A DNA stretch of 64,000 nucleotides from Eukaryota sp. TZLM1-RC (taxonomy: Eukaryota > Protista > Metamonada: BaSk clade), in the NCBI GenBank assembly GCA_040285825.1, contig JAUPSS010000006.1:62001-126000 (forward strand), given 5' to 3'. Positions 23,745 through 35,736 of the stretch are shown piece after piece (positions within the stretch are counted from its first letter, which is position 1; each line of letters opens with the position of its first letter). Position numbers and translations under genes: made by a program. The notes beneath the pieces were generated by a model. It was not told the DNA's origin. It did not search any database and saw only the letters and a list, made by a program, of their open reading frames with translations.

Positions 23745-25625
23745 TTGTATGCGATACTATTAATACTAACAGAAAGTCATCTGGAAAGCTTTCTCATTAC
23801 TAGACATCTGACTATTTTCACAGATCACCGGAATATTGCATTCCTCGCCACGGCTCCTGAAAAGAACAGAATCGTCAAAAGATGGTTACTTATCTCATCA
23901 GAATTTGATTTTGATATCGTACACGAAAAAGGAGAAGACAATCACTGGACTGACATGATGTCAAGAAACATTGACACAAATTTAGAAAATCCGGAAATAA
24001 ATCACATCAACTACCCACATGATCCCTTTTGGCACGGTGAAATACCACCCCCTGATGACGATTCTGATTATGAAGACCCAGATCCAATCCACATTTTCGA
24101 ATTAGCAAAGCACCCAGATTTGCCCATTTTTTCAAATTGGCTCTCAAAAGTTAGATCAGAGCAACAACTAGTCATAAGCAATAATGATCCATTATTCAAA
24201 AACGCTACACTATGCAAAAACACAGAAATCTGGTTAAATAATAATAATAAAATGATAATCCCGACCAAACTAAGAAAAACGGCACTCAACCTAATACACG
24301 GTTTAACCCAATCAGGCCACCCTAGCATAAACAAAAGTCTTCATAAACTTTCCAAAAGCGATTTCTACTGGCCAAACATGAGAAAAGATCTCATCAAACA
24401 TATAGAACGTTGCCCTACTTGCCAAAAAACTGCACCAGTAAAGCAATCAAAGACACCCTCAACTGGTTCCCTGTGGGCTAATCGCCTTTTCGCAAGATTA
24501 AACGTGGATACAATTGGACCACTCAATAAAGACAACAACGATAATAAATATTTACTAGTTTTCGTCGATTCATTTACAAGGTATACAATACTTGTACCTT
24601 TACAAGAACTTAATGCCTTAGAAGTAGCAGATGCTTTGATATGGTACGTCTGCGCTATTTTTGGCATACCTATGTCTATACATAATGACAATGGCCCTGA
24701 GTTCGCCAACGAAATATTTAATTTGCTTTGCCAAACAATGTCAATTGAAGTGTCTAAATCAATTCCTTACCATTCTGAAAGCAATGGATTAGTTGAAAGA
24801 AAACATCGAGATGTGATACAATGTATAAGGAAATTATTAATAGATTACAACGACTATGATTCATGGTCCACATATGTACCTATAACTCAATTATTAGTTA
24901 ATTCAACCAAAAGTAGAATCACAAATCACACTCCATATGAACTGATGTTTGGGTCATCTATCAGCCCAAGATCAGATCCTGCTAACATCCTAGGAGGCAT
25001 TTTCGATTTCGAATCCAATGTACCACTTTTGCAAGACCTCAAATTTAAGAATGAACGTCTTCAAAAAAGATGGGAAGAAGCAGAGCATCAGCAACTATTA
25101 AAAACACCCAGTCATACGAAAAACATAGATGAAAATACATTTAATATTGGTGACTATATTCTTCGAAAGACTAAACAACCTGATAAATTGCACGGATCTT
25201 GGTTAGGCCCATATCTGGTTTTAGAAACCCCTTCCAACTCCACCTTATTAATAAAGAACCTGACGACTGGTGAACAAACAAAGGTATCAAAAAGGGACTG
25301 TAAAATTTACAACGCTGACGATCCTAACGATGTCGATCTACTTAGGGCCATCGCAGCCACAGATTCAGGTAAACATGTCATCGAAGAAATCCTTGACGAG
25401 TATAATACTGCTCAAGGACCCTTCTGTACTGTAAGATGGTTTGGTGGAGATACTACCGAGGAACCACTCCATTCTATCAGATATTCAGAAGCGTATCAAC
25501 GATTTAATAAGAAACCAAATAAAAGAAAACGTAAATCTATTAAATCCAACAACGCAGCTCGGGCTCTCCCCGTGCATCAGCAAAAGCGTTATCCGCAAAG
25601 GAAGCGGAAGAACAACTGTAAATAA
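23745..25625 (+). CDS. Gypsy pol C-terminal part: RNase H end, integrase, chromodomain
   Basis: FTDHRN, GHP..CPTC, VDSFTRY, DNGPEF, SNGLVER, GPY and IEEIL..VRW.G..TEEP. Confidence 0.9.
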   Translation: MYAILLILTESHLESFLITRHLTIFTDHRNIAFLATAPEKNRIVKRWLLISSEFDFDIVHEKGEDNHWTDMMSRNIDTNLENPEINHINYPHDPFWHGEIPPPDDDSDYEDPDPIHIFELAKHPDLPIFSNWLSKVRSEQQLVISNNDPLFKNATLCKNTEIWLNNNNKMIIPTKLRKTALNLIHGLTQSGHPSINKSLHKLSKSDFYWPNMRKDLIKHIERCPTCQKTAPVKQSKTPSTGSLWANRLFARLNVDTIGPLNKDNNDNKYLLVFVDSFTRYTILVPLQELNALEVADALIWYVCAIFGIPMSIHNDNGPEFANEIFNLLCQTMSIEVSKSIPYHSESNGLVERKHRDVIQCIRKLLIDYNDYDSWSTYVPITQLLVNSTKSRITNHTPYELMFGSSISPRSDPANILGGIFDFESNVPLLQDLKFKNERLQKRWEEAEHQQLLKTPSHTKNIDENTFNIGDYILRKTKQPDKLHGSWLGPYLVLETPSNSTLLIKNLTTGEQTKVSKRDCKIYNADDPNDVDLLRAIAATDSGKHVIEEILDEYNTAQGPFCTVRWFGGDTTEEPLHSIRYSEAYQRFNKKPNKRKRKSIKSNNAARALPVHQQKRYPQRKRKNNCK

Positions 25626-25653
25626 TTTTAATTAAGAAAACGGGAGAAGGTAG

Positions 25654-25774
25654 TGTATGTATCTCACTAGTGAGTACCTAAGAATATAGAATAACATTAA
25701 ATAAAATTATCTTTATCTTAACCCGCCTTAACTAACCCACATATACACAGCTAGCATAATGCCTAACGGCAACA
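25654..25774 (+). repeat. 3' LTR of Gypsy element
   Basis: Preceded by purine tract AAGAAAACGGGAGAAGGTAG and followed by the ATAT TSD. Confidence 0.92.
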
Positions 25775-26717
25775 ATATGACCAATCAAGAATGATTAAAC
25801 CACCAAATTCATGAGTGGAAAATATTGAACATTAAGCCACAGAAAACCATAATGGTAATAGGGTGTTAATAAATGAGTATTCCAATAACCTAAGTGGTGG
25901 TAATTGCTTCGAAACCTTTTATGTACTGATACCGTGTTCTTGGAAGACAAGACAAAGTATGACTAATGATCATGTGATGCTACACGTGATACTTACCAAA
26001 ACCGGAAGGTAGTATTCAGCATTAGTATCAGTATTTGGCAAGACAAAGTACGACACTAATAATGGCCACTATTATTTGCAAGACAAACCTACGAGATAGC
26101 TAACAATAGGTGTGGATTTTCCTTTAACAGAGTATCAGAGTAATTGTTAATCCTGTTATCGTTGATTGCGAACCAACAGGATATACAAGGTATGAAAAAT
26201 AAGGAAAATACAACACAATCCAGAGGTGTTGAACTAAGAAGAATTCTGGCAAATGCTGGTATAAAATAAACTTGGTAGACGAGTATCGTACCAGTAAGAG
26301 ATGTGCTTCTTGTGTTGAGGATCATCACGAATGAGATACCAAATGCGGTGAAAAAGTCAAAGATTTAAATGCGACTAGGTGTTTTAATTTGATTGTTTCT
26401 TGAATATACATCCCCTGAAAAAATAATTTGTAAATTAAATAAATAAACTGCTTTTGCTGCTCTTACTGCATGTGTTTGTGTAGATGATGATGTGATGAAT
26501 TTTGTTCTATTTAAACAGTATTTATTTAGTATTTATTTGATACAATTTGTATCAAATTGACAAACATTATTGATAAATATTCAAATGGTTATCTTTAAAT
26601 AGAACAACACTGCACTTAGTCAGCTTCAACTGAAAACAAAAGTCTTTTTAACAACATTATGTGACAAGACAGTTTGCTCAAATCGAAGTCACAGGTTTTG
26701 GCCAATCACACTAATTA

Positions 26718-27723
26718 TTTTTTTTAGTAACAACAATTTTATTCTAAACCTATAAATCAACATCTAAAAAATCCATCTCTCCCAAAACAAAAATACTAGA
26801 TGCAACTCTCTCATAGTGAGATCCAAGAGAAAGCAAAGCATCAGAAACCATCTTCAACATCCCCTTAAAAATAGAAAACACAATTCTATTTTGCCAAAAC
26901 AGTCTGTTGAAATTTTTGCCAGTTCTTCTATTTACAATCATTTCAAAATCATCCAAAAAACGTAAAGCAGTTGGTGCAAGTGAACCAAAAAGGGAAAATA
27001 CAAATGGATACAAATTGTATTTTGCATGCTGTAGACTGGCCAATTTGGACAAAGGTTCATTGTATTTTTTGAATTTAAAATTTTCAGCATTTGAAAGGGG
27101 ATTATGAATTTCAGAATTAACAAGCCTTTCATTTGAGGCATTACAAGGATCAACAGACATTACATCCAATAAAATGAAGCTTCCATCTAATCCAGGTAAT
27201 ATGACATCACCTCTATTATTCTTATGAAAATCATTTTCAGCATCAAACAGATTTGACAACAAAGGTTCCAAGAAGGATTCAATTCTATGAGATTTACACA
27301 TACAATATAACTGGTCTCTTACAGCATCATGAACCTTGCTTCTAAAAATAATAAAATGTTTACAATTTAACAAATGAGTAGTTGTAATTTCTGGAGAACA
27401 TTTACAAATTTAATTATGAGGTAAATTATCAGGCCAGATAAAGGAACGAAATCTCATATTCAGAGTCCAAGCAGAATCGGATAAGAGAGTACCATAAACT
27501 TGTGGAATTGTTGTTACTAAGGCAGAAGAAGTACTGTCACACATATCTTGTAAAAGATTTGCAAAAGCGGGATTCTTTTTCTTGGCCAAGCCAAGTCTAA
27601 CATCAAAATCCAAGCTTTCAAAAATCTTTGACAATTTTTGTTGAAGCTTTTTACAGCAAAACTGTAAATTAAATAGAGATCGGTTTGGAATTATCCGGTA
27701 ATATAGACCAAGTATGGCCGCAT
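26718..27723 (-). mobile_element. 5'-truncated CRE-like non-LTR retrotransposon (Zn knuckle + RLE endonuclease)
   Basis: HLLNC, HDAVRD, RGD..D and FWQNRIVFSIFKG motifs. T-run tail. TSD CACTAATTA at 26709-26717 and 27724-27732. Confidence 0.85.
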
Positions 27724-28344
27724 CACTAATTAAAGTGTTGAATACATAATTCAAATTTTTTTTGTGAAGTTTGAAATTATTCATCGAAATCCTGAGCTCT
27801 CTGATTCAGAAATCAACTCCGAGACTCTACAAGACTGTAATCATTCTAAGTGGATTTTGTTGATTAAAAAGTCATCTTAGCAACTTTCACTTACAGTTCT
27901 GTTGCAAAAAATGTTGAACTTGACTTGGATAAACTTTGATAGAAAAACCCCTTTTGTAAAATATGAACTGATAATTGATAATTCACAAACTTAAACCAAT
28001 CATATTTTGTGTCTTTGTAATAGTTTCTTTTTTCTTTGATATTGAACTTCCTTCTGAACTGATCCGCTGCATGAATCATTCCTACTAAATTACTAAATTT
28101 ACTTAGTAACAAACAGGTTTCATCTAGCAACTTCCACTTATAAGAATATGGTCTGAGGATACGAAATGACAACACATACACACTCTAACATCTAAATACA
28201 GAGCCACTACAATTAAAAAGAATTCCACTTACCATTAACGGGAAACCGTTGGCCAAAACAAATCAAAAATAATATTCATTTATTTTTCCACTAAAATATC
28301 CAATATAAAGAATTTTTCCCTCTGAAAATTAATTCATTTCCAAG

Positions 28345-30675
28345 CTATTTACTGTTAATACTTCTACTTCTGACGGTACGACTAGTGACGGCATTTGTTG
28401 GTAGCTCCACATCTAATAACAAACAAGCGTCGTGTTTCAAAGTCAACAACAAATCGCAATGAACTTTCCTGACCTCAGCCAAGCAACTTCTGGTATCTTC
28501 GTAGCAAGCAAAAGACAATCTACATGGACTAATTCTGTTTGGTAAAGTTTCAACTGCTGATAAATGTAGAGTGGTGGGGTCATGACGGAGAATAGAAGCT
28601 TTAACAAATAAAACCGGAAACACACGTTTAATCACGTGATTTGATTGATTGTTGACTGGGTCAGATTGGGTTGCTTTGGTGGTAACAGCAATATGGGTAA
28701 AATTTGGATGAAAAGTGAGTGTTCCTCTTGTTGGCAACACGTCATCATCGAATTGCACTGCACACGTGATTGATTGAAATGTTGAAAATTTGGGCTCGTC
28801 AAGTGACGCATTGACACGTAATCCATTTGGCGGAAGTATACAAGACTCTAGACGACTACACGTGTTTTTTTGAACTTTTGATAATAAATCCAGTTTATCA
28901 CACATTTTTTTACAAACATGGAATTTATACATAAGAGGATTCAAATTAGCCAATGAATCTTCAGTTTCAACATGCTCCATGAATTTAAAATTGATACCAA
29001 GTTTTTCTGAAAACGAGGGTGATTTGTTAATCAACTCAATGAAAAAGAAATTGCCATCTGCTAATAAGGAATCCAGACTGAAAGGAACAGCTTCTACTTG
29101 AGAGTTAATGGTACAATAGCTTGCAAAAAAATGCCCTGGTTTGATTGAAGGGTTGGAGTAGATTTTTATGAATTCGCTGCCAAGATTTGACGAAATTTTG
29201 GAGAATAATTGGGTAAATTTTGGAAGAATTTCTTCCTTAAGCTCTTCTGGGAAGAAGTCAAGTGAAGTCAAAAGAGATACACACCGTAAGCCTAAATGCA
29301 AAATGATTGGAGGAATGTTATCACGATCAACTAGGTCAAACATACGTGAAGAAAGGTCAGAAAGTAGTTGACTTTCATCATCACAATCAAAAATGATTGA
29401 AAGAGCTTTTTTCGAATAATTAGAAGATACTCGAGAGATTAACACTAGAATTAACAGTACAAAACTTAAATTTTCACCAAAAGAGTCGACGGTTAATAAC
29501 CTATCGATCAGGGAAACTTCATTGACCTTGATTGACTTGATTGCAATCAAAACTTCGTCAAAAAACTCAAAATTTCGAGGAATTGCCACCAAAAACTGTA
29601 AAAATAACAACAAAAAACTGAAATTAATAGACTCAGTAGATAACTTTTCAACGATAAAATCTAGCGGAACCTTCATATAGCTCAATAATAGGTCAGAAAT
29701 AGAAGAAATCCCAAGACCAAAAACATCATTTAAAAACAATAAATAATCAAATGACTCACTGACGCCTGTTTTAAACCCTTCGTGATCCTTACTCGTCATC
29801 TGACACGTGTCACTTGTCAAACTGAGCTCCTCTAGTCTACCTGCAGTAGCGTGCCACCCATTCGTAATTGTTTTTATTATATTTTCGAAAAAAGGACGGC
29901 TAGCTGCATTTTTAAAATAACTAAACTCATTTTCAACTTCAATATCAAGAACAAAAGGCGACATTTCTCCATTATTCTGAGCTGATGACGTCACATTTTG
30001 ACCTAATGACGTGGCAGGAACACGTGGCAGCCTACCTTCGTCTTGTAGCTTTACAAATTCTATAAATGGTTCATAATTAAGCCTCAACAAAGACAAACAC
30101 AATGTCCTGACAGCCAGTCTTATGTGTGGTTCGTGATGATCGTAAAAATTGACAGTGGAAGTGTAAAGCTTGCACTCGGGAACGTCAGGATCAAAGAAGA
30201 ATTGGAGAGTGGAAACATCTAATCGTAGAGCAATAGACTTAACCAAAGCAATGTAGTAGGCAAGAATTTCTTCGTTTTGGGAGAGATAGTGGTAGGAGAA
30301 AGTGGGGTGTTGGATGATGGAGGAGATGGCGTTGTTTGAGAGCAAATAGTAAATGGCATCAGTAGAAGTTAGGTTGGAGACTAGGATAGATATGGACTGT
30401 AGTAGTTGGGATTGGGAGGGTATATCATTGGGGAGAAGGTCGGGAAGTTGGATGAGACGTTGGAGTATGCCGTGTTCCAGAAAGCATTGAAAGAAGGATG
30501 ATTCAGTACGGTCTGACCAGAGGAGAAGATCTGAGATCTCTTTTAGGAGTTCTGAAATGCGTTTAGAGTCGATGGTGGGTTTGCTACATTCTTTATCAAA
30601 ATTGACACAAAGTGATTCAAAATAGGATATGGAATGACGATTGGGAACTGTGAAGAGGCGAGAAAGGAATGCCAT
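28345..30675 (-). CDS. CLEC16A: CLEC16A/TT9-like protein (FPL domain)
   Basis: ISDLLLWSD..FFQCFLE, QLLQSISILVSN, YYLLSNNAI, EEILAYYIALVKSIALRL and RLAVRTLCL. Confidence 0.85.
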   Translation of the reverse strand: MAFLSRLFTVPNRHSISYFESLCVNFDKECSKPTIDSKRISELLKEISDLLLWSDRTESSFFQCFLEHGILQRLIQLPDLLPNDIPSQSQLLQSISILVSNLTSTDAIYYLLSNNAISSIIQHPTFSYHYLSQNEEILAYYIALVKSIALRLDVSTLQFFFDPDVPECKLYTSTVNFYDHHEPHIRLAVRTLCLSLLRLNYEPFIEFVKLQDEGRLPRVPATSLGQNVTSSAQNNGEMSPFVLDIEVENEFSYFKNAASRPFFENIIKTITNGWHATAGRLEELSLTSDTCQMTSKDHEGFKTGVSESFDYLLFLNDVFGLGISSISDLLLSYMKVPLDFIVEKLSTESINFSFLLLFLQFLVAIPRNFEFFDEVLIAIKSIKVNEVSLIDRLLTVDSFGENLSFVLLILVLISRVSSNYSKKALSIIFDCDDESQLLSDLSSRMFDLVDRDNIPPIILHLGLRCVSLLTSLDFFPEELKEEILPKFTQLFSKISSNLGSEFIKIYSNPSIKPGHFFASYCTINSQVEAVPFSLDSLLADGNFFFIELINKSPSFSEKLGINFKFMEHVETEDSLANLNPLMYKFHVCKKMCDKLDLLSKVQKNTCSRLESCILPPNGLRVNASLDEPKFSTFQSITCAVQFDDDVLPTRGTLTFHPNFTHIAVTTKATQSDPVNNQSNHVIKRVFPVLFVKASILRHDPTTLHLSAVETLPNRISPCRLSFACYEDTRSCLAEVRKVHCDLLLTLKHDACLLLDVELPTNAVTSRTVRSRSINSK

Positions 30676-30949
30676 GAGTTAAGGAGTGGAAGGAGCGGGA
30701 GGTGGATAGATTGGTTGATTGATGAAACAAATTCAATTCACCATTATTTTTGGGCTAATCTCTCTCTGAATTTCAGCAAAAATAGACGTCTGCAGAACCA
30801 CCAACTTTTTGGTGCAACAAGCCTAAACGTGTTGAATATATTTAGATGTTGTATTGTGAAGAAAAGCAGTTGAAAGCAAAAAATTACTAAAATTTTCAAG
30901 CGTAAGAATATATTAATTGGAATAGACAACCAATAACAATTAATTTAAG

Positions 30950-31262
30950 TTATCAAGTGTAAATAAAGGTGTAGTGTGGAACAAACAATAATGGTAAAGA
31001 AGTTTATTAGGTTTATAAGTTGCGTATCGTGCTTTCAAAATCTTGTTCAGTTCACCATTAATTGGAGGTACAATCATTTCGAGAAATTTTCAAAGTACTT
31101 CTGCCCACGCAAGGGTCAATCAGTTGTGAAATCCATAATAATTTGTTTGGAATCATAAAATAATTTATAAAGATCACCACATGAATCACCCTTAATCATT
31201 GAAGAAAAGTTGGTGATTCTGATCATTAGGGTTAATTGACAAGTGATAAACTTGAAATACTT
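30950..31262 (-). repeat. Copy of the BTB-like fragment found downstream of family copies A and B
   Basis: Reverse complement matches ~2110-2425 and 641-831. Confidence 0.75.
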
Positions 31263-31384
31263 TAATGAAGAATTGCTGGTTTAATTGTTAAACAATAAAG
31301 AAATTGAAAAACCAATTTTATTAATTGAATAAATATATTAAAAAAGCCGAATAATTAAAATAACACCTGACAAGGTCAAGTTTA

Positions 31385-33133
31385 TTAGTCATCCCTTCCA
31401 GAAACCCAAACTATTGAATTTGCTAGCAATAAATGACCATCTGTGGAGCTTTTCCATCCACCAGGAAAAGGACTATCAGTACTACAACCATCTGAAGCAA
31501 AATCCACCACTCTACTTTTGTTATATTCACTCTTCAACACCAAAGGATCTCCATTTTTCAAGGTAGCAACTGTTTGAAAATCAGGGTTGATGGAAGTGTA
31601 TTCTGCACCTCGATTACAAGAAAAAGAGTTTACTGATTTCATAATTAAATCATTCTGGTTAGAGTTACCAAGTTCAATGAAAGAGCCAAATGGTTTACCA
31701 TAACCACTCAAACCCTTGAATGCTCCATATTTAAAGTCACCCTCGATGTTACGTCCAAAACAACTAAACAATACCAAACCCTTGCCAGCTTCTACTATTT
31801 GTTCTAGTAGTGTGGCTTGAATGGGTAAACAATTCGTATTGTATAAAACAACATCAAAATTATCAATATTGATTAAATTTGGGAATTGAGTAGAAGTAAT
31901 TTGTACCTCAAGATTAGGCCAATTTTGCCTAAATCCTTTTTGAATTTTTTGGGTAATGTCATTATGATAACTTGAATGAGCACACAAACAAACCCTAATT
32001 AATGGTAAATTTGATTGAATTATTTGGTTTTTAAATTGCAATTCTCTTGTTAATTCTTGAATTTGAGTGGCTAATTGGGTAATTAATTCATTTTGTTGAC
32101 CTAAAAGATGATTTAAATTGGAATTTTTTCTGGTTAATTCTTCAATTGTAGCATTTAATTGCCAATTTTCAGCAGAAAGTTCTTGAATTTCGTCATCTTT
32201 GCCTACTATTTCTTCATTTTCTTCACGATTTAATTCAGCTAATTGTTGAATTTCTTGTCTTAAATTGAGATTAACTCGACGCAATTCATGAATTAATTCA
32301 TCATTATTATTTTCAATTACCAAATTTTCATCAACTCCAACTTCACTTGTCAAATCATTCAACACCTCCAAAATTTGGTTAATGCCAGGCCTTTTTGATT
32401 GATCACTATCCAAGCATTTATTAATAATTTCTTGTAATAAAACAGGAGTTGTTTTATCAAATGGTAACTTAGTACCATTATATTTGGCTCCTAATAAAGC
32501 TATTTGAGAGTTAATTCCCTCAAAAGCGACTTTATTTGTAAGTAATTCATATAGAATTACCCCTAGGGAATAGACATCACTTTCCTGGCTTGAATTATTA
32601 TCAAAAGCTTCCAATGCAGCATACTTAGGGGTCATGGCATTGATAGTGTTGAGGGTGGCAGTATCAGCAATAATTTTGGAAGTTCCAAAGTCAGAGATTC
32701 TGGGACGACCATCAACCATTAGAATGTTCTGGGGCTTTAAATCTCTATGGATAAAGTTATTAGAGTGAAGGAAATGAAGGGCAGAGGTAATGGAGATCGC
32801 GTGCGAGAGGGACGTGCGAGACAGAGGGGAGGGTGTGTGGAGGGAAGAAGAGGCTCGATCCATGACAATACCCATCTTGCCGTCTATGTATGTAACTCCA
32901 TAGACGCGGATAATGCCAGGATGACTGAGGAGGGAGAGGAGACTGATTTCCTTCTTGAGCTTGGTCTCCCCTTCGTCAGTGAGAGCAATGAGTTTGACGG
33001 CGATGTCGTGGGAGAACCATTGAGCGGCGTAGACGGTAGCAAAACCACCTCGACCGATTTTTCCGTTTTCGAGGTCAATGGTGAGTTCAGAAGGGGAGAT
33101 TTCACGGCAAGGAGAGACTGAGAGAGATGACAT
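31385..33133 (-). CDS. TKL kinase - coiled coil - hypervariable ThuA/GATase1-like domain (copy D)
   Basis: Paralog of 14621-16450. Intact ORF, ATG at 33133. Confidence 0.9.
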   Translation of the reverse strand: MSSLSVSPCREISPSELTIDLENGKIGRGGFATVYAAQWFSHDIAVKLIALTDEGETKLKKEISLLSLLSHPGIIRVYGVTYIDGKMGIVMDRASSSLHTPSPLSRTSLSHAISITSALHFLHSNNFIHRDLKPQNILMVDGRPRISDFGTSKIIADTATLNTINAMTPKYAALEAFDNNSSQESDVYSLGVILYELLTNKVAFEGINSQIALLGAKYNGTKLPFDKTTPVLLQEIINKCLDSDQSKRPGINQILEVLNDLTSEVGVDENLVIENNNDELIHELRRVNLNLRQEIQQLAELNREENEEIVGKDDEIQELSAENWQLNATIEELTRKNSNLNHLLGQQNELITQLATQIQELTRELQFKNQIIQSNLPLIRVCLCAHSSYHNDITQKIQKGFRQNWPNLEVQITSTQFPNLINIDNFDVVLYNTNCLPIQATLLEQIVEAGKGLVLFSCFGRNIEGDFKYGAFKGLSGYGKPFGSFIELGNSNQNDLIMKSVNSFSCNRGAEYTSINPDFQTVATLKNGDPLVLKSEYNKSRVVDFASDGCSTDSPFPGGWKSSTDGHLLLANSIVWVSGRDD

Positions 33134-33221
33134 GAGGTAGAATAGTGGAGGGGAAGTGTTGAGTTTAATTTGCAAAAATAGTTCAAATCCATAGTTGAAG
33201 ATTACAATTTTTACAGCCTTT

Positions 33222-33239
33222 TGTCATGACGTCATGACA
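33222..33239. promoter_or_regulatory. 18-bp palindrome with TGACGTCA core ~90 bp upstream of kinase copy D
   Basis: Perfect palindrome. Position is consistent with a promoter element. Confidence 0.45.
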
Positions 33240-33386
33240 TGTATATTACCAATATTACTACCACTAGAGATCATGATCAAACAACTCGCCAATATCTGAT
33301 TAGAAGACATCACAGTTATTGTTTAACAGAAATCAGTCTACATCACATAAGCCCTGTAGGAGAACTAATCTACCATCATCCCTAAT

Positions 33387-35554
33387 CTACCTAACTCGCT
33401 TTTGTTTTGGAGATAACTCCCCAACCACAGAAGTATCCTCTTCAAACAACAATCCTGACCCACTCAATCGTACTGTTCCTGCTGTATCGTGTCCTAGTAC
33501 TTCATCATCACCATCATCTTCTTGCTCTCTGAGACAAATTCCCTCAATTTCGTCGGCAAACAGTCCCTGTAAGTCTTCTTGTTCAAAAGTGGGTTCTACC
33601 ACCTGTCTTTGACTGGACCATCTTTCAATCTCTTCCTAATCTCTCCACATCTTCCTCTAATACTTGGTTGAGCGTTAATAAAGAACAGGACTTTGGATCC
33701 CTGGTTTGTAGTGTTGTATTAAAATAAATGTTCATCACATTATCCAACACCGCTTGGGACATGTTCAAACGGTGATCTGTAAGCTGAAAATCAAGAGCTG
33801 ACCACTACTGCTCAGTTATCGAAGCAGAACCGGTAGCTCCCGTGACTCTTTGTGCAACTATTTGTGCAACTATGGACAGATGGGGGAATTTTTGCCCATA
33901 GGTTGCCCACCAATGATGAGGTGGTAACGATTCTGCCTCCTCTTGACTGTCAGTGTCAATGCTGAATGAACTGAATTCTTCCGTTAACATATGAGAATTC
34001 TGTGAATTTTTGAAGGAAATTGGTAATAGGTTTCAACTTCTGTGGTTCAGTTAAAAAAACGTGGTTATAAGGTCTTAAAGCGGGGTTTAAAATTCTTTTA
34101 TATTAATATAGAATTACTCAAGTAATTCAATTATCAAGGATTGATTTCTCCATTTATTGACAAAAATCGTATCAACGCCCATTCCGAAGTCTATGAAACA
34201 GACTAAGGAGGAAGCAGAACTATCAGCTAGTCTTAATAAAGAAAGTAATGAAACACATAAGATAAAATTTCTTTGTTCTTCCAAAAGACCTCATTCTCCA
34301 AAACAAGAGATTTTGTATCAATGAACTGTAAACGTTTTGGTGACGTCTTTGTTTACAGTATGTTGTTCACATATCTCCCAAAACTAACTACTTCCTTCAT
34401 AAACAATTGATTCTCGTTCAACGTTCTTAACGTTAACAGGAGGTAAGCAATTCTTGTTACAGGAAATGACTTCAGCTTATACCCACCAATTTCTTTCCGC
34501 CAAAAGGCGACCTGACTATTGTTAGGTTTTGAGCAACAAAGCTGTGGGGTCAATCAAATCTTTGACCCAATCTATCTTCTTTACAAAATCTTTGAGAACC
34601 AAGTTGAGAGAGTAAACGGTGCATTTGGAATGCATAAGAACCTCATCACAATCCTGCAGTTGAGACGCTGCCGCTGTATTAACTCTGGCTCCATCCATGG
34701 TGATCCATAAAATTTTAGCAGAACACGAACTCTCTTCATCTGATTCCTCAATTACAGTTAATGACTTGGTATTTTGCTGGAGCAGTTCGTTGATACGAGA
34801 CACTGTATTAGCAACAATTGCCTTGATATGGTGTGCGTCTGCATTGTCTCCATTTGTAGGCAATGTGTCAAGAGCTAAATGAAGTCCATTGGATGAAATG
34901 ATGACGTTGTTTCTGGGATCACCTTTTGTAGAGTATTCATCTGCAGATATTTCACAAGAAAACTTTTCAATATTGGGAGTTACTTTAGACGACAACAGAG
35001 TATCCATCTGATTTCTTAAATGGGGTAAGCACTTGTTGGTAGCTATCCATCTTGTAGGTCCTGTATATTCTTTTTTTTGAGCTATCCAGCTTGACAGTAG
35101 ACGGCGAGTTTTTCCATACTTTTTTTGTGCCAAAGGTGGTGATCAAAAATGGACAGTGAATGACCCATGCAGATGGCCATATGTGTAAACAAGTTATCCA
35201 TTTCGAATTTGTTGTCCTCCACGGAGATAGAATTTTTAACGGTAGATTGTTTCTTTCTAGATGCAAGAGCAGTGACGATGGAAGAGATTTCAGCTTTCTT
35301 GGCCTTTTGTGCCTTTTGAGTACGTAACATGGTCAAGGTGGTCTCTCAAGGTTTTGAGCTCAAGAGGATCACAGCCAGGAAAGAAGATTATGTTGGAAGC
35401 GAGTACTTGAAGTCCGATTCTTAGTGTGGTCACAGCCATTACAGTAGAAGTCTCTTGGTGAATTTCGAAAGTTGTTCACGTGGACATGAGCCCATAATGG
35501 ATGGTTGCTCTTTGTTTTGTGGAAAGAAAATCTAGGTGGAATAGAGAGGGTCAT
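33387..35554 (-). mobile_element. Decayed hAT-family transposase (BED finger, DUF659-like core, dimerisation domain)
   Basis: LWAHV..CNGC (BED-like), ITMDGARVN..CTVYSLNLVLKD, and WWATYG..PHLSIVA..SASITEQ*WS. Multiple frameshifts. Confidence 0.75.
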
Positions 35555-35607
35555 GGTCGATTAAATTTAGTTGAATTGTCAATGCTGGACTTAATTGATT
35601 GATTAAT

Positions 35608-35635
35608 TAGGCAGTATGACGCTGTATTTTGACAT
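35608..35635 (-). pseudogene. Truncated DPM1 5' fragment (MSKYSVILP) from segmental duplication
   Basis: Identical to 18378-18405. Upstream sequence also matches the DPM1 leader. Confidence 0.8.
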
Positions 35636-35736
35636 GAATCAAGGGCTGAGGGATCTCAAGGGTAGTAACCTGTTGAGATTAATGGTATATAAAGATGAAA
35701 TGAATCAAGTTGATGTTTTCAAATCATGAGGTCTTT

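Larger units (their letters stand above)
19486..25774 (+). mobile_element. Full-length decayed Ty3/Gypsy chromovirus-type LTR retrotransposon
   Basis: 121-bp TG..CA LTRs, ATAT TSD, PPT before the 3' LTR. Gag CCHC knuckle (CTFCQKPGHVITEC), protease IDTAA, RT YIDD, RNase H TDASD, integrase HHCC/DDE and C-terminal chromodomain. Several stops and frameshifts. Confidence 0.95.

Noticed and set aside
25940-26090. Short recurring GCAAGACAAAGTA words right of the Gypsy element
   Set aside because: Only three short degenerate copies and no clear structure.
27790-28200. Minus-strand ORFs 27891-28181 and the start of 27410-27784 as a gene
   Set aside because: Interrupted and AT-rich with no recognisable motif. 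The 27410 ORF is mostly retrotransposon.
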